DNA of 64,000 bases from Candidatus Kaiserbacteria bacterium RIFCSPLOWO2_01_FULL_50_24 (lineage in GTDB: Bacteria; Patescibacteriota; Minisyncoccia; Phycocordibacterales; UBA2100), in the NCBI GenBank assembly GCA_001783335.1, contig MFLU01000016.1, forward strand, positions 688-64,687. Direction: 5' to 3'. Under the pieces are notes generated by a model. That model searched no databases. It was not told where the DNA came from and saw only the letters and a list, made by a program, of their open reading frames with translations. Position numbers and translations under genes: made by a program. Below are positions 28,721-40,382 of the stretch, piece after piece. Numbering within the stretch: position 1 is the stretch's first letter; every line of letters starts with the position of its first letter.

Positions 28721-29863
28721 ATGAATGTACCATATCTCATCCGCCGCATCATGCATCGCCTGCGCGGGCGGGTCGTGCATCTCAAACCGATAGGAGCATC
28801 GCGTGGAAATGTCCTTATTTCGTACACCACGTTGCCATATCTTGATAGACGGTCTATCGTACTTGCTGCGCACACGAATCGGTGGGAGTGCATGCAGATG
28901 GCGCGAACGTTTCTTGAGCGCGGCTACGCCGTGGATGTCATTGACACGACCGACCGTGCCTTCGTGCCATCAAAAGAATACACTTATTTTATAGATGCAG
29001 ACGCAAACATGGACCGTCTAGCGCCGCTCCTAAATAAAGATTGCGTGAAAATCTTTTATATCACGCATGCTCATTGGAAATACCAAAATGAGGCGGAGCA
29101 AAAGCGCGTCCGCGCCATACAGGAAAAAAGAGGTGTTGATGTGGAAGGTGTCCGGACACTGTCTGCATCGCATACGATAGAGCTCTGCGATATTGCAGTA
29201 ACATTCGCGGGCGATTTTTGCGTGAGCACATATGAATACGCGGGCAAGAAAATCGTGCGCATTCCCTGCTCAACGACACACGAATTTCCCCCTCCTGAAA
29301 AAAAGGACTTTGAGAAGTTTCGCCGCAATTTCATATGGGTCGGAGGAGCGGGCCCAGCGCTCAAGCGCTTGGATGTCATACTTGAAGCGTTTGCGGCAAT
29401 GCCTGAGTATCGTCTAGCCGTATGCGGCAAAGTGAAACCTTCCGACCCCTTCGCCAAAGCGTATGCCAAAGAGTTGTACGGAACGGAAAACATAAAAACC
29501 TACGGTTGGGTGGATCATGCAGGCAAGTTGTTTAAAAAACTGTACAGCGAATCCTTGGGAATCATATTTGTTTCCGCTTCGGAAGGGTGCGCTGGAAGCG
29601 TTGTGGTATCAATGCATGCGGGATTAATCCCGATTGTCAGCCGCGAGACAGGAGTTGTGACTCACGACTTCGGAATCACACTTCACGAAGTGTCTGTGGA
29701 TACTATCAAGAGCGCAGTGCGTTCTCTTTCGCAAGAACCCGCCGAGTTCTTGCGCACACGCTCCATGAACACGTGGCGATATGCGCGGGAACATTACATG
29801 CGCGAAAAATTCGCCGAAGGGTTCCGTGCTTTTGTGGAAAAACTTGAGCGGAAAAAACTATGA
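28721..29863 (+). CDS. GT4 glycosyltransferase
   Basis: KRLDVILEAF, SASEGCAGSVVVSMHAGLIP. Confidence 0.8.
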   Translation: MNVPYLIRRIMHRLRGRVVHLKPIGASRGNVLISYTTLPYLDRRSIVLAAHTNRWECMQMARTFLERGYAVDVIDTTDRAFVPSKEYTYFIDADANMDRLAPLLNKDCVKIFYITHAHWKYQNEAEQKRVRAIQEKRGVDVEGVRTLSASHTIELCDIAVTFAGDFCVSTYEYAGKKIVRIPCSTTHEFPPPEKKDFEKFRRNFIWVGGAGPALKRLDVILEAFAAMPEYRLAVCGKVKPSDPFAKAYAKELYGTENIKTYGWVDHAGKLFKKLYSESLGIIFVSASEGCAGSVVVSMHAGLIPIVSRETGVVTHDFGITLHEVSVDTIKSAVRSLSQEPAEFLRTRSMNTWRYAREHYMREKFAEGFRAFVEKLERKKL

Positions 29864-30720
29864 ACACGTTACCATTAATCTCCGTGATTATACCGGTGTG
29901 GAATGAAGAAAAACGCATAGTGCGTGCAATTAATTCCATACGCAACCAAACATACAAGAATCTAGAGATAATCGTTGTTGACGACGGTTCGACCGACAAT
30001 ACGCGCACTGCAGTAAAAGCGATTACGAAAGAAGACCCGCGCGTGCAGTACCATTACCACCACGACCCGAAAGAAAAGTGCACCAACTGGCGCGGGTACG
30101 ATATAAGCGCGGGATACGCAGCGCGAAATTTAGGGTTCAAAATCGCAAAAGGTAAGTGGCTCACGACGCAGGATGCCGACGACGCATCGCTACTCAATCG
30201 TATAGAGGTGCAATATGAGATGGCGGAAAAATACAATGCGACACTCGTGACGATTCAGTGGTGCGAGCTGACAGAAGAAAATCTACATAAAAAATTGGAT
30301 GTTGAGCACGTCATGCGCGAAAAAGGAGAAGCGAATGTGGTGATACGTCCGGAAGAAATTATCGCGCTCGCAGAGCGCGTCCGCGGCCCTTTGATGGTAG
30401 AACCAATCCATCGCTTTATTCCATTTCCGATCAAGTGGTTTCCCTACACACGCAAACTTTTTTATAGGGAACCAACAAGTTACCCAGGAGCAGATAATTC
30501 AATGCTCTTCCACAAAAGTGTGCGCGACACCGGATTCTACATGCGCCATCGCAACGAGCGCACGTGGGGAAATCCCGCCGGTCGTGGCAGTGGACGCGAT
30601 TTCGTCTTCCGCGTGGCGGCTCACTTTAAGAACAGCTGGTCATTCCGCCTGCCTATGTACCTTTGGGATGTTAAACAGCAAAATCCGGAGTATGCTGGGT
30701 ACGACAAGTATCTGATATAA
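29860..30720 (+). CDS. GT2 glycosyltransferase
   Basis: ISVIIPVWN, VVDDGSTD, QDADD. Confidence 0.88.
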   Translation: MNTLPLISVIIPVWNEEKRIVRAINSIRNQTYKNLEIIVVDDGSTDNTRTAVKAITKEDPRVQYHYHHDPKEKCTNWRGYDISAGYAARNLGFKIAKGKWLTTQDADDASLLNRIEVQYEMAEKYNATLVTIQWCELTEENLHKKLDVEHVMREKGEANVVIRPEEIIALAERVRGPLMVEPIHRFIPFPIKWFPYTRKLFYREPTSYPGADNSMLFHKSVRDTGFYMRHRNERTWGNPAGRGSGRDFVFRVAAHFKNSWSFRLPMYLWDVKQQNPEYAGYDKYLI

Positions 30721-30727
30721 ATGATGC

Positions 30728-31510
30728 ATGACTTCACGATCCAATATAGTGGTAAGGGCTGAAAGAGATGTCGCCTACGACTCACCCGACCACATCATGC
30801 CGTGGGGTACTAGAGCCGATAGCAGTAAAAACCAACGCTTCAACAACAAGCTGTATCACCTATTTCCGAAACGAGAACGTATCATTCGGATTCTGGATAT
30901 TGGATGTGCCGGTGGGGGTTTTGTAAAAAACTGTCTGGATGACGGGTGTTTTGCTGTTGGACTAGAGGGAAGCGATTATTCTAAAAAGATGCGCCGTGCG
31001 GAGTGGGCGACCATACCGGATTATCTTTTTACATGCGACATAACTGCTCCCTTTGAGATTTTCGAGAACGGGACAACAATGCAATTTGATGTCGTGACTG
31101 CCTGGGAGGTTATGGAGCACATTAAAACTGAGGACTTGCCGACTCTTATTTCAAACGTAAAAAGGCATCTTAAACAATCTGGTTTGTGGATAATGAGCGT
31201 GTCCCCAAACGAAGAAGTTATCAACAGAGTTACTCTTCATCAAACAGTACAAGATAAAGGATGGTGGATTGAAATGTTCCAGAAGCACAACCTCACTCAC
31301 CTACCAAAATTCGACCGGTACTTCAATACGCAATACGTGCGCGGCCCTAAATACAACGCTCCTGGGAGTTTTCACCTTATTCTGAATATGGATACCACAA
31401 AGGCACCTCCAGTTCCGGAACAAGGACTTGGCGTTAGCGCGTGGATGTACGACAGGTGGCTAGGGTCTCGCTATCAGAAATTGCTGCGCCGCCTCGTGGT
31501 CGGAGAATAA
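30728..31510 (+). CDS. Class I SAM-dependent methyltransferase
   Basis: ILDIGCAGG, FDVVTAWEVMEH. Confidence 0.85.
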   Translation: MTSRSNIVVRAERDVAYDSPDHIMPWGTRADSSKNQRFNNKLYHLFPKRERIIRILDIGCAGGGFVKNCLDDGCFAVGLEGSDYSKKMRRAEWATIPDYLFTCDITAPFEIFENGTTMQFDVVTAWEVMEHIKTEDLPTLISNVKRHLKQSGLWIMSVSPNEEVINRVTLHQTVQDKGWWIEMFQKHNLTHLPKFDRYFNTQYVRGPKYNAPGSFHLILNMDTTKAPPVPEQGLGVSAWMYDRWLGSRYQKLLRRLVVGE

Positions 31511-31520
31511 CGTAATATAC

Positions 31521-32213
31521 ATGCTGATGAACATCAAAAAAATCCTGCGCTCTTTCGGTTACGACATACGCCGATATCATTCGCTCTATGACACAGTATT
31601 GAAACATCGTGAGATACAAACAGTCCTCGACATCGGAGCGAATGACGGACACTGGTCCGCAGAAATACGCACCCTTTTACCTCATGCCCATATACACGCA
31701 TTCGAGCCCCTCAAAGATTGCTTTGAGCGGGCGAATAGACGATTTGCCAGTGACCCCCACTTTAAGTCATTCAACATCGCATTGGGAGACTCTGACGGAT
31801 ACACCGAGATAGAGCGAAGTTCGTTCCATCCAAGTTCGTCGTTGCGCGCGATGGCAAAGCTACACAAAGAACTCTATCCAAAAAGCGCGGGCGTCACACG
31901 CGAAAAGATCCGAGTGCGTCGCCTCGATGCGGTCGCCACCGAATGTGTGCTTGCTCCTGACATACTGATAAAAATGGATGTACAAGGTTTTGAAGACAAA
32001 GTCATCGAAGGCGGGCGGGAAACATTCAAGAAAGCCGCGATCGTGATTGCTGAAGTCGCATTTGTCCGGTTGTACGAAAATCAGCCACTTTTTGGCGATA
32101 TCCACAACCTCATGCGGGGACTGGGCTTCGCCTACCACGGCAATTGTGCTGAACACTTCTCATCTAAGACGGGAGAGCGCATCTATGAAGATGCTGTCTT
32201 TGTCCGTCTTTAA
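31521..32213 (+). CDS. FkbM-family methyltransferase
   Basis: VLDIGANDG, HAFEP, KMDVQGFE. Confidence 0.88.
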   Translation: MLMNIKKILRSFGYDIRRYHSLYDTVLKHREIQTVLDIGANDGHWSAEIRTLLPHAHIHAFEPLKDCFERANRRFASDPHFKSFNIALGDSDGYTEIERSSFHPSSSLRAMAKLHKELYPKSAGVTREKIRVRRLDAVATECVLAPDILIKMDVQGFEDKVIEGGRETFKKAAIVIAEVAFVRLYENQPLFGDIHNLMRGLGFAYHGNCAEHFSSKTGERIYEDAVFVRL

Positions 32214-32235
32214 ACATTGTATAAAAGTGATAAGT

Positions 32236-33159
32236 ATGAAATTCTCTATCATCGCACCTGTCCGCAACATGGAACCTTGGCTCGCAAAAGCCATTGAGTC
32301 CGTTCTAATACAGGAAGGAGATTTTGAAATTGAATACATTCTCCAAGACGGTGCTTCCACGGACAACACGGTCGCCATTTTTGAATCCTATCGCGAGAAA
32401 CTGGAGCGTGGTGAGATTCCCATACGCTGCAAAAGTATTACGATGCGGAGCTTCTCTGAAAAAGACAACGGACCTTTTGATGCTATCAACAAGGGATTCA
32501 CTCACGCTACGGGTGACATCTATACATGGGCGGATGGCGACAACACGTACGAACCCGGCGCGTTTGATGCAGTCGCTAAAACATTTGTGGCATTTCCTGA
32601 TGTGAAGTGGTTGCACGGCATCACGAACGGCATGAACGAGCGGTGGGAGAAAACTTCCTACGGGGTATGCCGCATATACAAACAGGATTGGCTGCAGCTC
32701 GGTATCTATAGTCAGGAAGCGTACCCAACCTCACAAAATGGAATGTTTTGGCGTCGTAAACTTTGGGAAGAGGTTGCTCCTATCCCCACGAAGTTTCGTG
32801 TGTCCGGCGACTATTGGCTGTGGATGAACATGGCAAAGCACGCCCCCTTGTGGTCGCTGAACGTCCCCATTGGGTATTTTATGCGGCGTGTGGGACAAGC
32901 GCACACGCTCGGCGGATACAAAGAGGAACAGTGGATGGCGCGACCGCGAAGGAGCTTGCGCGCGTGGGGAGCCCGCCTTTTCTTTTCTCCACAATCACGC
33001 CTAGGCCCGCGCTTTGAACACTTCTTCCTATGGCTCTACCCATTCATGTACAGAAACGTAGAGTCAATGATATACATAGATATCGTTGGTGGTGTGCCAG
33101 TCAAGAAAAAGGCAATGACCTATCAGTGCGATCCAAAACATGACAAAACACTGAAATGA
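32236..33159 (+). CDS. GT2 glycosyltransferase
   Basis: FSIIAPVRN, QDGASTD, SEKDNGPFDAINKG. Confidence 0.85.
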   Translation: MKFSIIAPVRNMEPWLAKAIESVLIQEGDFEIEYILQDGASTDNTVAIFESYREKLERGEIPIRCKSITMRSFSEKDNGPFDAINKGFTHATGDIYTWADGDNTYEPGAFDAVAKTFVAFPDVKWLHGITNGMNERWEKTSYGVCRIYKQDWLQLGIYSQEAYPTSQNGMFWRRKLWEEVAPIPTKFRVSGDYWLWMNMAKHAPLWSLNVPIGYFMRRVGQAHTLGGYKEEQWMARPRRSLRAWGARLFFSPQSRLGPRFEHFFLWLYPFMYRNVESMIYIDIVGGVPVKKKAMTYQCDPKHDKTLK

Positions 33160-33764
33160 AAATGAGAAACTCTATTACATCAGCTATTTCTTCTTCAGTA
33201 GCGGTTAAAGAACGGCTACTGCGAGATGAAAAGTTCATTGGGCGGCTTCTGCTAGCAATAGATATTCTCATAAAAACATTCCGATCTGATAAACGCGTGT
33301 ATCTCTGCGGCAACGGCGGCAGCGCGGCCGACGCGCAACATATAGCAGCCGAGTTCTCAGGGAAGTTTTACCTTGACCGTAAGGCACTTCCTGCCGAAGC
33401 ATTGCACGTCAACACATCATTTCTGACAGCGGTAGCAAATGACTATTCGTATGCAAACACGTTTAAGCGAAATATAGAAGCATTCGGCAGAAAAGGAGAC
33501 GTGCTCATTGGCATTTCTACTTCCGGGAATTCAGATAATATCGTACGGGCGCAAAAAGAAGCGCGCAGACGAGGCATGATGGTAATTTCAATGACAGGAA
33601 AAACGGGCGGCAAACTTGCTAAGTCATGTGATATCCTGCTCAATGTTCCCAGCACCGACACGCCTAGAATCCAAGAGAGTCACATCCTACTTGGTCATAT
33701 CATGGCTGAATGCGTAGAACAGGCACTTTTCGGAAAAAGAAAAAACAAGAAAAAATCAAAGTGA
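33156..33764 (+). CDS. gmhA: D-sedoheptulose-7-phosphate isomerase
   Basis: CGNGGSAADAQH, GISTSGNS, TPRIQESH. Confidence 0.93.
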   Translation: MKMRNSITSAISSSVAVKERLLRDEKFIGRLLLAIDILIKTFRSDKRVYLCGNGGSAADAQHIAAEFSGKFYLDRKALPAEALHVNTSFLTAVANDYSYANTFKRNIEAFGRKGDVLIGISTSGNSDNIVRAQKEARRRGMMVISMTGKTGGKLAKSCDILLNVPSTDTPRIQESHILLGHIMAECVEQALFGKRKNKKKSK

Positions 33765-34328
33765 TGGTTCTGTCGCGCGCGCGAATGCAATTAGAGAAGG
33801 ATAGCGCATGTCAACAAAATCGTCTTCCTCCGTACCCACTTCTAGGGATGTGCCGATAAGTACGGTAACCATACCTGCATTTCTGCCAAAGTGCATATCG
33901 CTCATTGAATCACCAACCATGATTGACTTCGCAAAATCTATGTCCGGAAAATCTTTTTGCGCACCATATGCCATCCATAATCCAGGCTTACGCTTTCCTT
34001 CGGTGTCATGTTCCTCTAAAATCGTCGCGGTGTAGATAGCGTGGATGTCTCCGCCGTGCGAGCGGACCTCCCGACACATACACTCATGTATGGTATCTAA
34101 TTCGTATTGCGTCATAATCCCCCTACCCACCCCCTGCTGGTTGCTCACGATAATAATGCGTGCAAAACACCGATTCAAAATGGCGAGCGCTTGGAGTACG
34201 CCATCTAGAAATTCAAATTCATCCAACGTTTTTACATAGTCATCAGGTCGGTATTTGTTGATAACGCCGTCTCGATCAAGAAAGAGTGTCCACGTTTTGT
34301 CTACCGACTGATCAAACATCATACGCAC
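33756..34328 (-). CDS. gmhB: D,D-heptose 1,7-bisphosphate phosphatase (HAD-IIIA)
   Basis: FLDRDGVIN, SNQQGVGRG, RKPG, MVGDSMSD. Confidence 0.85.
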   Translation of the reverse strand: MRMMFDQSVDKTWTLFLDRDGVINKYRPDDYVKTLDEFEFLDGVLQALAILNRCFARIIIVSNQQGVGRGIMTQYELDTIHECMCREVRSHGGDIHAIYTATILEEHDTEGKRKPGLWMAYGAQKDFPDIDFAKSIMVGDSMSDMHFGRNAGMVTVLIGTSLEVGTEEDDFVDMRYPSLIAFARATEPSL

Positions 34329-35243
34329 CTATCGCAACAACTCCGGCTGAGTAGAGAACCATGAGACCGTGTCCTCCAGTCCACAATCGAGAGACGTAAA
34401 CGTTACATTCGGTATAAGATGCCTGAGCTTCTCTACACTCAAAACCTTCGAGCGAGCGCCCACATAACGGGAAGTGTCGTACTCAATCAATGCGGGATCA
34501 AATCCAACGATTGCACAGATCTTTTCGGCAAATTCCCGAATGGAGTATTCTTCACCGGCGCCGATGTTAACGATGTCGTTATCAACATGATCGCTCAAGT
34601 GCAGTGCCGCGTTCACGAAATCGGACGCGAACACCAATTCGCGTTTTTGGTATCCATCCCCCCACAAAGTCACGGGCTCGCCCTTTTCCTTTCCGAGCAA
34701 GATCTTCCTGATGAGGTCGAAGATGAAGTGCATTCTGCGGCTATCGGTATGATAGTGGGGACCATAGAGCGTAGATGGTACGAGGTGGAGATACGTGTGC
34801 CCGAATTGTTTATGCAGGGACGTAAGGCCATTGTAGAGCATACGCTTGGTCATCGCATACGTGAACAAACTTTCTATCGGCTCGCCGCGCATGTAGTTCT
34901 CTTCGGAAAGCGGGAGTGCAGGATCATACGCACAACTCGTTCCCATGGCTATTAACTTTGCGTGCGGCTGACGCGTATGCCACCAGGAGAGAACATTGGT
35001 ATTGATTTTCTGATTGATGAGCCACTGTTCCCCTGAGTGATGCAAGCAGAAGTCCCCCGCTTGCGTCCATGCCGCGAGATGATAGATGCGGTCGTAGGGT
35101 TGGGTTATTCCGTCAAGCGAGCCGTCCTTCGTAAGGTCGGCGATTTTTGAGTCGAGCCGCACTACCGTGTGCCCCGCCTTTTCCAGTGCCTCGCACAAAA
35201 AACGCCCCAAGAAACCCGATGCTCCCGTAACTATGATCGTCAT
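34329..35243 (-). CDS. GDP-L-fucose synthase-like epimerase/reductase
   Basis: GTSCAY, YAMTKR, LWGDGYQKRE, NIGAGEEYSIRE. Confidence 0.75.
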   Translation of the reverse strand: MTIIVTGASGFLGRFLCEALEKAGHTVVRLDSKIADLTKDGSLDGITQPYDRIYHLAAWTQAGDFCLHHSGEQWLINQKINTNVLSWWHTRQPHAKLIAMGTSCAYDPALPLSEENYMRGEPIESLFTYAMTKRMLYNGLTSLHKQFGHTYLHLVPSTLYGPHYHTDSRRMHFIFDLIRKILLGKEKGEPVTLWGDGYQKRELVFASDFVNAALHLSDHVDNDIVNIGAGEEYSIREFAEKICAIVGFDPALIEYDTSRYVGARSKVLSVEKLRHLIPNVTFTSLDCGLEDTVSWFSTQPELLR

Positions 35244-36460
35244 ACCGTCGGATCAATTGGAAAATAAAACTCGACACCACGATCGGCGAGATCCTTGTAC
35301 CGAGCGAGTATCTCTTTCTTGAAGTTCCATGCTAGCACATAATACACTTCGGGTTGTACTTTCACATCTTCCTCAAGAACAACGGGGATGTGCATCCCGG
35401 GCGAGTAGAGGTTTTTCCGCAAGGGATTACGCTCTACGAGGCAGTCAATATAATCCGTGCCGATTCCGAAATAATTCAATAACGTATTCCCCTTTACGGG
35501 CGCGCCCATCCCGTATATGCGCTTACCGGATTCTTTTTGGCTTTTTATGTATGCAACGTTTTCTTCTTTGAGCGCCTGCACATCTACCGCAAAGCGCGTA
35601 TAGGTGGATAATTGATGTAGTCCGCGCCGCTCCTCCTCTGACCGCAAGTCCTCTAACTGTGCCGTTGCCTTCCGCGTGCCTGCGCGACTCGCATAGGCGA
35701 TCATGGAACCGCCGTGTATGGGAGTTATATGCGCATCAAAAAGCGAGAGACCGTGCCGCTTGAGAAGCGTTTCTAGTGACCGCAGTGTGTAATAAAGCAA
35801 ATGCTCATGGTAAATCTGATCAAACGCGCGATGCGCGATTATAGACCCCATATAAATAAACTGAATGACGAACACGCCTTTTTCAGAGAGCGCTTCTCGA
35901 ACCGCATCCGTCACGGAATGCAACTCTTCCAGGTGGAAAAATATCCCGGCGGCATTCACAACATCGAACTTCTTCCGGAGCGCGTGTTTCTCCACAAGCG
36001 CGAGGTTGAAGAAATCGTCTATGGTCGGAACGCCGTTCTTCTCTATGGCAATGCCAGCGACGCGCGAAGCGGACTCTACGCCGAGAACGTCGTATCCGAG
36101 CGCGCGATAGTGCAATAGCTGCGTGCCATCGTTTGACCCGATGTCTAGCACCGCTTTTTCACTTTCGTTTTTGAAAAACTGACCGTCTACCTCCTGCGCT
36201 ACCGCGCGAAAGTGCTCATCAAGGGTTTGAGTGGTGCCCGAGAGGTATGTGTGGTCTTTAAACATCACCTCTTTTGGGACTGTGTAATCAAGCTGTGCCG
36301 CAGTGCACTTACGGCAAAAGACGACCCGAAGCGGATAGTACGGCTCGGTGCCAATCTCTTCTTTTGTAAGAAAGTTATTCGCCCACGGCTGATTTCCAAG
36401 ATCTATTGCTACTTCTAGAGAGTTGGCATCACAAATGCGGCATTGGCTAAGATTTCGCAT
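35240..36460 (-). CDS. NDP-sugar C-methyltransferase
   Basis: N-terminal CRIC/CRKC Zn motifs, LDIGSNDG, FDQIYHEH, HGGS, GAPVKGNTLL, LAWNF. Confidence 0.85.
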   Translation of the reverse strand: MRNLSQCRICDANSLEVAIDLGNQPWANNFLTKEEIGTEPYYPLRVVFCRKCTAAQLDYTVPKEVMFKDHTYLSGTTQTLDEHFRAVAQEVDGQFFKNESEKAVLDIGSNDGTQLLHYRALGYDVLGVESASRVAGIAIEKNGVPTIDDFFNLALVEKHALRKKFDVVNAAGIFFHLEELHSVTDAVREALSEKGVFVIQFIYMGSIIAHRAFDQIYHEHLLYYTLRSLETLLKRHGLSLFDAHITPIHGGSMIAYASRAGTRKATAQLEDLRSEEERRGLHQLSTYTRFAVDVQALKEENVAYIKSQKESGKRIYGMGAPVKGNTLLNYFGIGTDYIDCLVERNPLRKNLYSPGMHIPVVLEEDVKVQPEVYYVLAWNFKKEILARYKDLADRGVEFYFPIDPTV

Positions 36461-36463
36461 AGG

Positions 36464-37402
<939 letters not shown>

Positions 37403-37412
37403 TTATCTCGAA

Positions 37413-38108
37413 TCAACGCTTTTTGCGAGTATTTAGATACCATCCGGACTCGGCGTACGACTCTGGCGTGCCGATATCTAGAAATCCATCTTGATGGACA
37501 TACGCGTACACACCCTGTTTGAGCCATTGCGGGATGAGGTCTTTTTCAAGAGAACATACAGTGCCGTCGGAAACAGAATCAAACAAACTCCTTCTAAGAA
37601 CCGACGTTCCCGCATTGACGAAATCGGAAGCGCCGCTTTTCTCATCAAAAGAATAGATCTTGTGGTCATCGTCAAATGCTACGGCTCCGTATCGGGCACC
37701 TTCTTTCATCGCTACGGCAATCGTCGCGACACCCTTTTTTTCTTGATGAAATTTCATAAGTTCGCCAATTTCCACATCTGAATACGTGTCGCCATTTAGA
37801 ACGATAACGTCATCTCCTGTTGTTAATGGGAGTGCGTGTTTGATCGCACCACCTGTGCCGAGTGGCGACTCTTCGTGCGAAAATACAATTGGAAAATGAT
37901 AATGCGTATAGGCGTGCCTCTCTTTAATGGACTCCGCGCTATATCCAACCGTCAAGACCACATTACCGATATGCGGAAAACGGTCAAGACATTCCAGTAA
38001 CGCGTCAAGAAACGGTCGGCCGTTCACTGGAGCAAGCGGTTTCGGAACATCAGATACAACACTTCTCAATCTAGTGCCCAAACCTCCGGCTAAAATAATC
38101 GCGTCCAT
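37413..38108 (-). CDS. hddC: D-glycero-alpha-D-manno-heptose 1-phosphate guanylyltransferase
   Basis: ILAGGLGTRLRSVVSDVPKPLA, PLGTGGA, FLDIGTPESY; heptose gene context. Confidence 0.75.
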   Translation of the reverse strand: MDAIILAGGLGTRLRSVVSDVPKPLAPVNGRPFLDALLECLDRFPHIGNVVLTVGYSAESIKERHAYTHYHFPIVFSHEESPLGTGGAIKHALPLTTGDDVIVLNGDTYSDVEIGELMKFHQEKKGVATIAVAMKEGARYGAVAFDDDHKIYSFDEKSGASDFVNAGTSVLRRSLFDSVSDGTVCSLEKDLIPQWLKQGVYAYVHQDGFLDIGTPESYAESGWYLNTRKKR

Positions 38109-38114
38109 GAGGAA

Positions 38115-39116
38115 CTATTCATCCTTATGGATAATTCGTGAACCCTCCTTTTCAAAAGAGAAGTTTACTTCAAGATGATCTCCAAGCGCTTTCCTAACGG
38201 CCGCTTGTTTCTCCTGCGGCACGAGAAAGAAAATAAACCCTCCACTTCCGGCTCCAGCAAGTTTGCCGCCGTATGCACCTTGCGCCATGGCGCGCGCATA
38301 CATTTCATCAATACGGTCGTTCGTGATTTTCGCCGAAAGTGACTTCTTCAGCCGCCACGCTTCATGTAAGAGTGCTCCAAGTTTGCAGACCATTGTTTCG
38401 GGTGGCTCGTGTGCAATAATTTTCTCGGCATCAAAAACCATTTGGTACATGGTGCGCAAATGCGTGTCGTTGTCGCCCGACCTTGTCTTCTCTATTTGTT
38501 CAACCAATATCTCTGGAGCAAGGCGGGTCAGTCCCGTATAGAAAATGGTGAGGGATTTTTCAAGGAGCGCTAACTTTTCCTCTGTGATTGGAACAGGCCG
38601 CACCGCAACACTGTCTTTTGAAAATTCAATGATATTTAATCCTCCGTGTGCGGCATGCATTTGATCCTGTGAACCGACGTGTTCCTTGATTAAATTCTGT
38701 TCAATATGAATGGCGTCAAGCGCGCGCTGATGTTTTGTCACTTCTTTTTTCAGAAGTGCATGGAGAGAATTCAATAATCCTACGGTGAATGCCGACGACG
38801 ATCCGAGACCAGTTTGTGCAGGCAAATCAGCAAAGATATGAATATCTAAATTACCATCAATCTGAAGAAACTTTAGCGTCTCACGCACGCTTGGATGTAT
38901 GATTTCATCTACATTCTTCACTAACTCCGCACGCGAGTACCCGACACGAATTCTATGATCAAAGAATTCGCTCAATCTACTAACGCTTACATAAATATAT
39001 TTATTAATCGTCGTACCGAGCACAGCGCCTTTGGCCCCGTTAAAATAGACGGGGTAGTCGGTGCCTCCGCCAAAAAAGCTCAATCTAAGGGGTGTTTTAG
39101 AGATAATCATAACCAC
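38115..39116 (-). CDS. hddA: D-glycero-alpha-D-manno-heptose 7-phosphate kinase (GHMP family)
   Basis: PLRLSFFGGGTD, GLGSSS, GSQDQ, GGKLAGAGSGG. Confidence 0.85.
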   Translation of the reverse strand: MVMIISKTPLRLSFFGGGTDYPVYFNGAKGAVLGTTINKYIYVSVSRLSEFFDHRIRVGYSRAELVKNVDEIIHPSVRETLKFLQIDGNLDIHIFADLPAQTGLGSSSAFTVGLLNSLHALLKKEVTKHQRALDAIHIEQNLIKEHVGSQDQMHAAHGGLNIIEFSKDSVAVRPVPITEEKLALLEKSLTIFYTGLTRLAPEILVEQIEKTRSGDNDTHLRTMYQMVFDAEKIIAHEPPETMVCKLGALLHEAWRLKKSLSAKITNDRIDEMYARAMAQGAYGGKLAGAGSGGFIFFLVPQEKQAAVRKALGDHLEVNFSFEKEGSRIIHKDE

Positions 39117-39193
39117 AGCACTGCCTTATGGCGCGGGCACACGGCCCTCCCCGCCAATTCATGTTTAAACTATGCCCAAAAACATCAAACCAG

Positions 39194-40267
39194 TCAATGC
39201 GCCTCCGCTACCAGTTTTTTAAAATAATTAACTAATGTTCCTGCGAGTTTTTCTGCATCTAGGTTTTGTACCGCATAAGCGCGAGCGGCGTGGCCAAGCC
39301 GATCCCGCAATTCTTTATCATCAAGAAGTTTTTTGATTGCGGAGTACATTTCTTCAACATTCCCCTCTTCCACGAGTAATCCATTCTCTCCATGAGTAAT
39401 ATATGAGCGCATCGTATGTGTGCTGGTGGCAATAATCGCCTTCCCCATCGCCATCGCTTCAAAAAGCGCGGTCGCGCCCATGGCATCATTGACGCCTGCA
39501 CTTGAATCAAGTGGGAGTACAACAATGCTTGCGCGTACATATTCATCCACAAGCTCTTTTAAAGGAAAAAGTTTCCGCGTAACGAAAGGTGGTGGCGTCA
39601 CGTCCCTACTTCCGCGTGGCCGCGTTGCCGCGACGACTTCCACACCCAACCCTTCACACGCATTAAAGAGCGTCTCCCAATCCCGGTCGGGGTCCACACC
39701 CACCGAAAGTATTCGTCGTTCTACTTCCTTGCCTTCTCTTGGAGAGAAAAAAGAAATATCCACGCCAAATGGAATGTATTCAATGCGCTCTTTAAGATGC
39801 GGGAGCAGTTTCTTGAGCCGCTCGGACTCTTCTTTGCCGACGGTAACAATGCCGCCCGCACGCAACGTGATGAAGCGAAACAATTTTTGTTTAATCGTCG
39901 TCCCATTACCCAAAAATCCTGTGATGTTAAAATCATGCATAACCCACAGCGGTTTTTTAAAGCGAAAGATGATCTGAGCCAAGGTGAACAACAACTGACT
40001 ATAAAAGGCACCAGCAGTAAAGATGATGTCGTAGCGGAAGAAATGAAAAAAGAACGGAATGTGCGCGCCATAATTTCCCAGCACTTTGCGGCGAATAAAC
40101 TTAGCGGCTGAATCCGGGAGGACATGCTCAAGCTCAAGATGCTCCGCCTCAATACCAAAGTGTGGCAGACGAACCATGCCCCACGTGCCATCGCCAGGGT
40201 CTTCGCCCCGTTTTACTTTCTCTACCAACCCGCCGCGTATGCCGCTGAAAAGATACAAGACCCGCAT
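39194..40267 (-). CDS. GT4 glycosyltransferase
   Basis: IPFGVD, FEAMAMGKAIIAT, ITHGENGLLV. Confidence 0.85.
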   Translation of the reverse strand: MRVLYLFSGIRGGLVEKVKRGEDPGDGTWGMVRLPHFGIEAEHLELEHVLPDSAAKFIRRKVLGNYGAHIPFFFHFFRYDIIFTAGAFYSQLLFTLAQIIFRFKKPLWVMHDFNITGFLGNGTTIKQKLFRFITLRAGGIVTVGKEESERLKKLLPHLKERIEYIPFGVDISFFSPREGKEVERRILSVGVDPDRDWETLFNACEGLGVEVVAATRPRGSRDVTPPPFVTRKLFPLKELVDEYVRASIVVLPLDSSAGVNDAMGATALFEAMAMGKAIIATSTHTMRSYITHGENGLLVEEGNVEEMYSAIKKLLDDKELRDRLGHAARAYAVQNLDAEKLAGTLVNYFKKLVAEAH

Positions 40268-40382
40268 TTCAACACTTTCTCTTATTTCTCTTAAGAATAC
40301 AAGAGGAACGACAAGATGTTAAATAAAAAAGTCAAGTTTCGCGTTGTTCAATTCATTGCTAGAATCGGCCTACTTTATATAT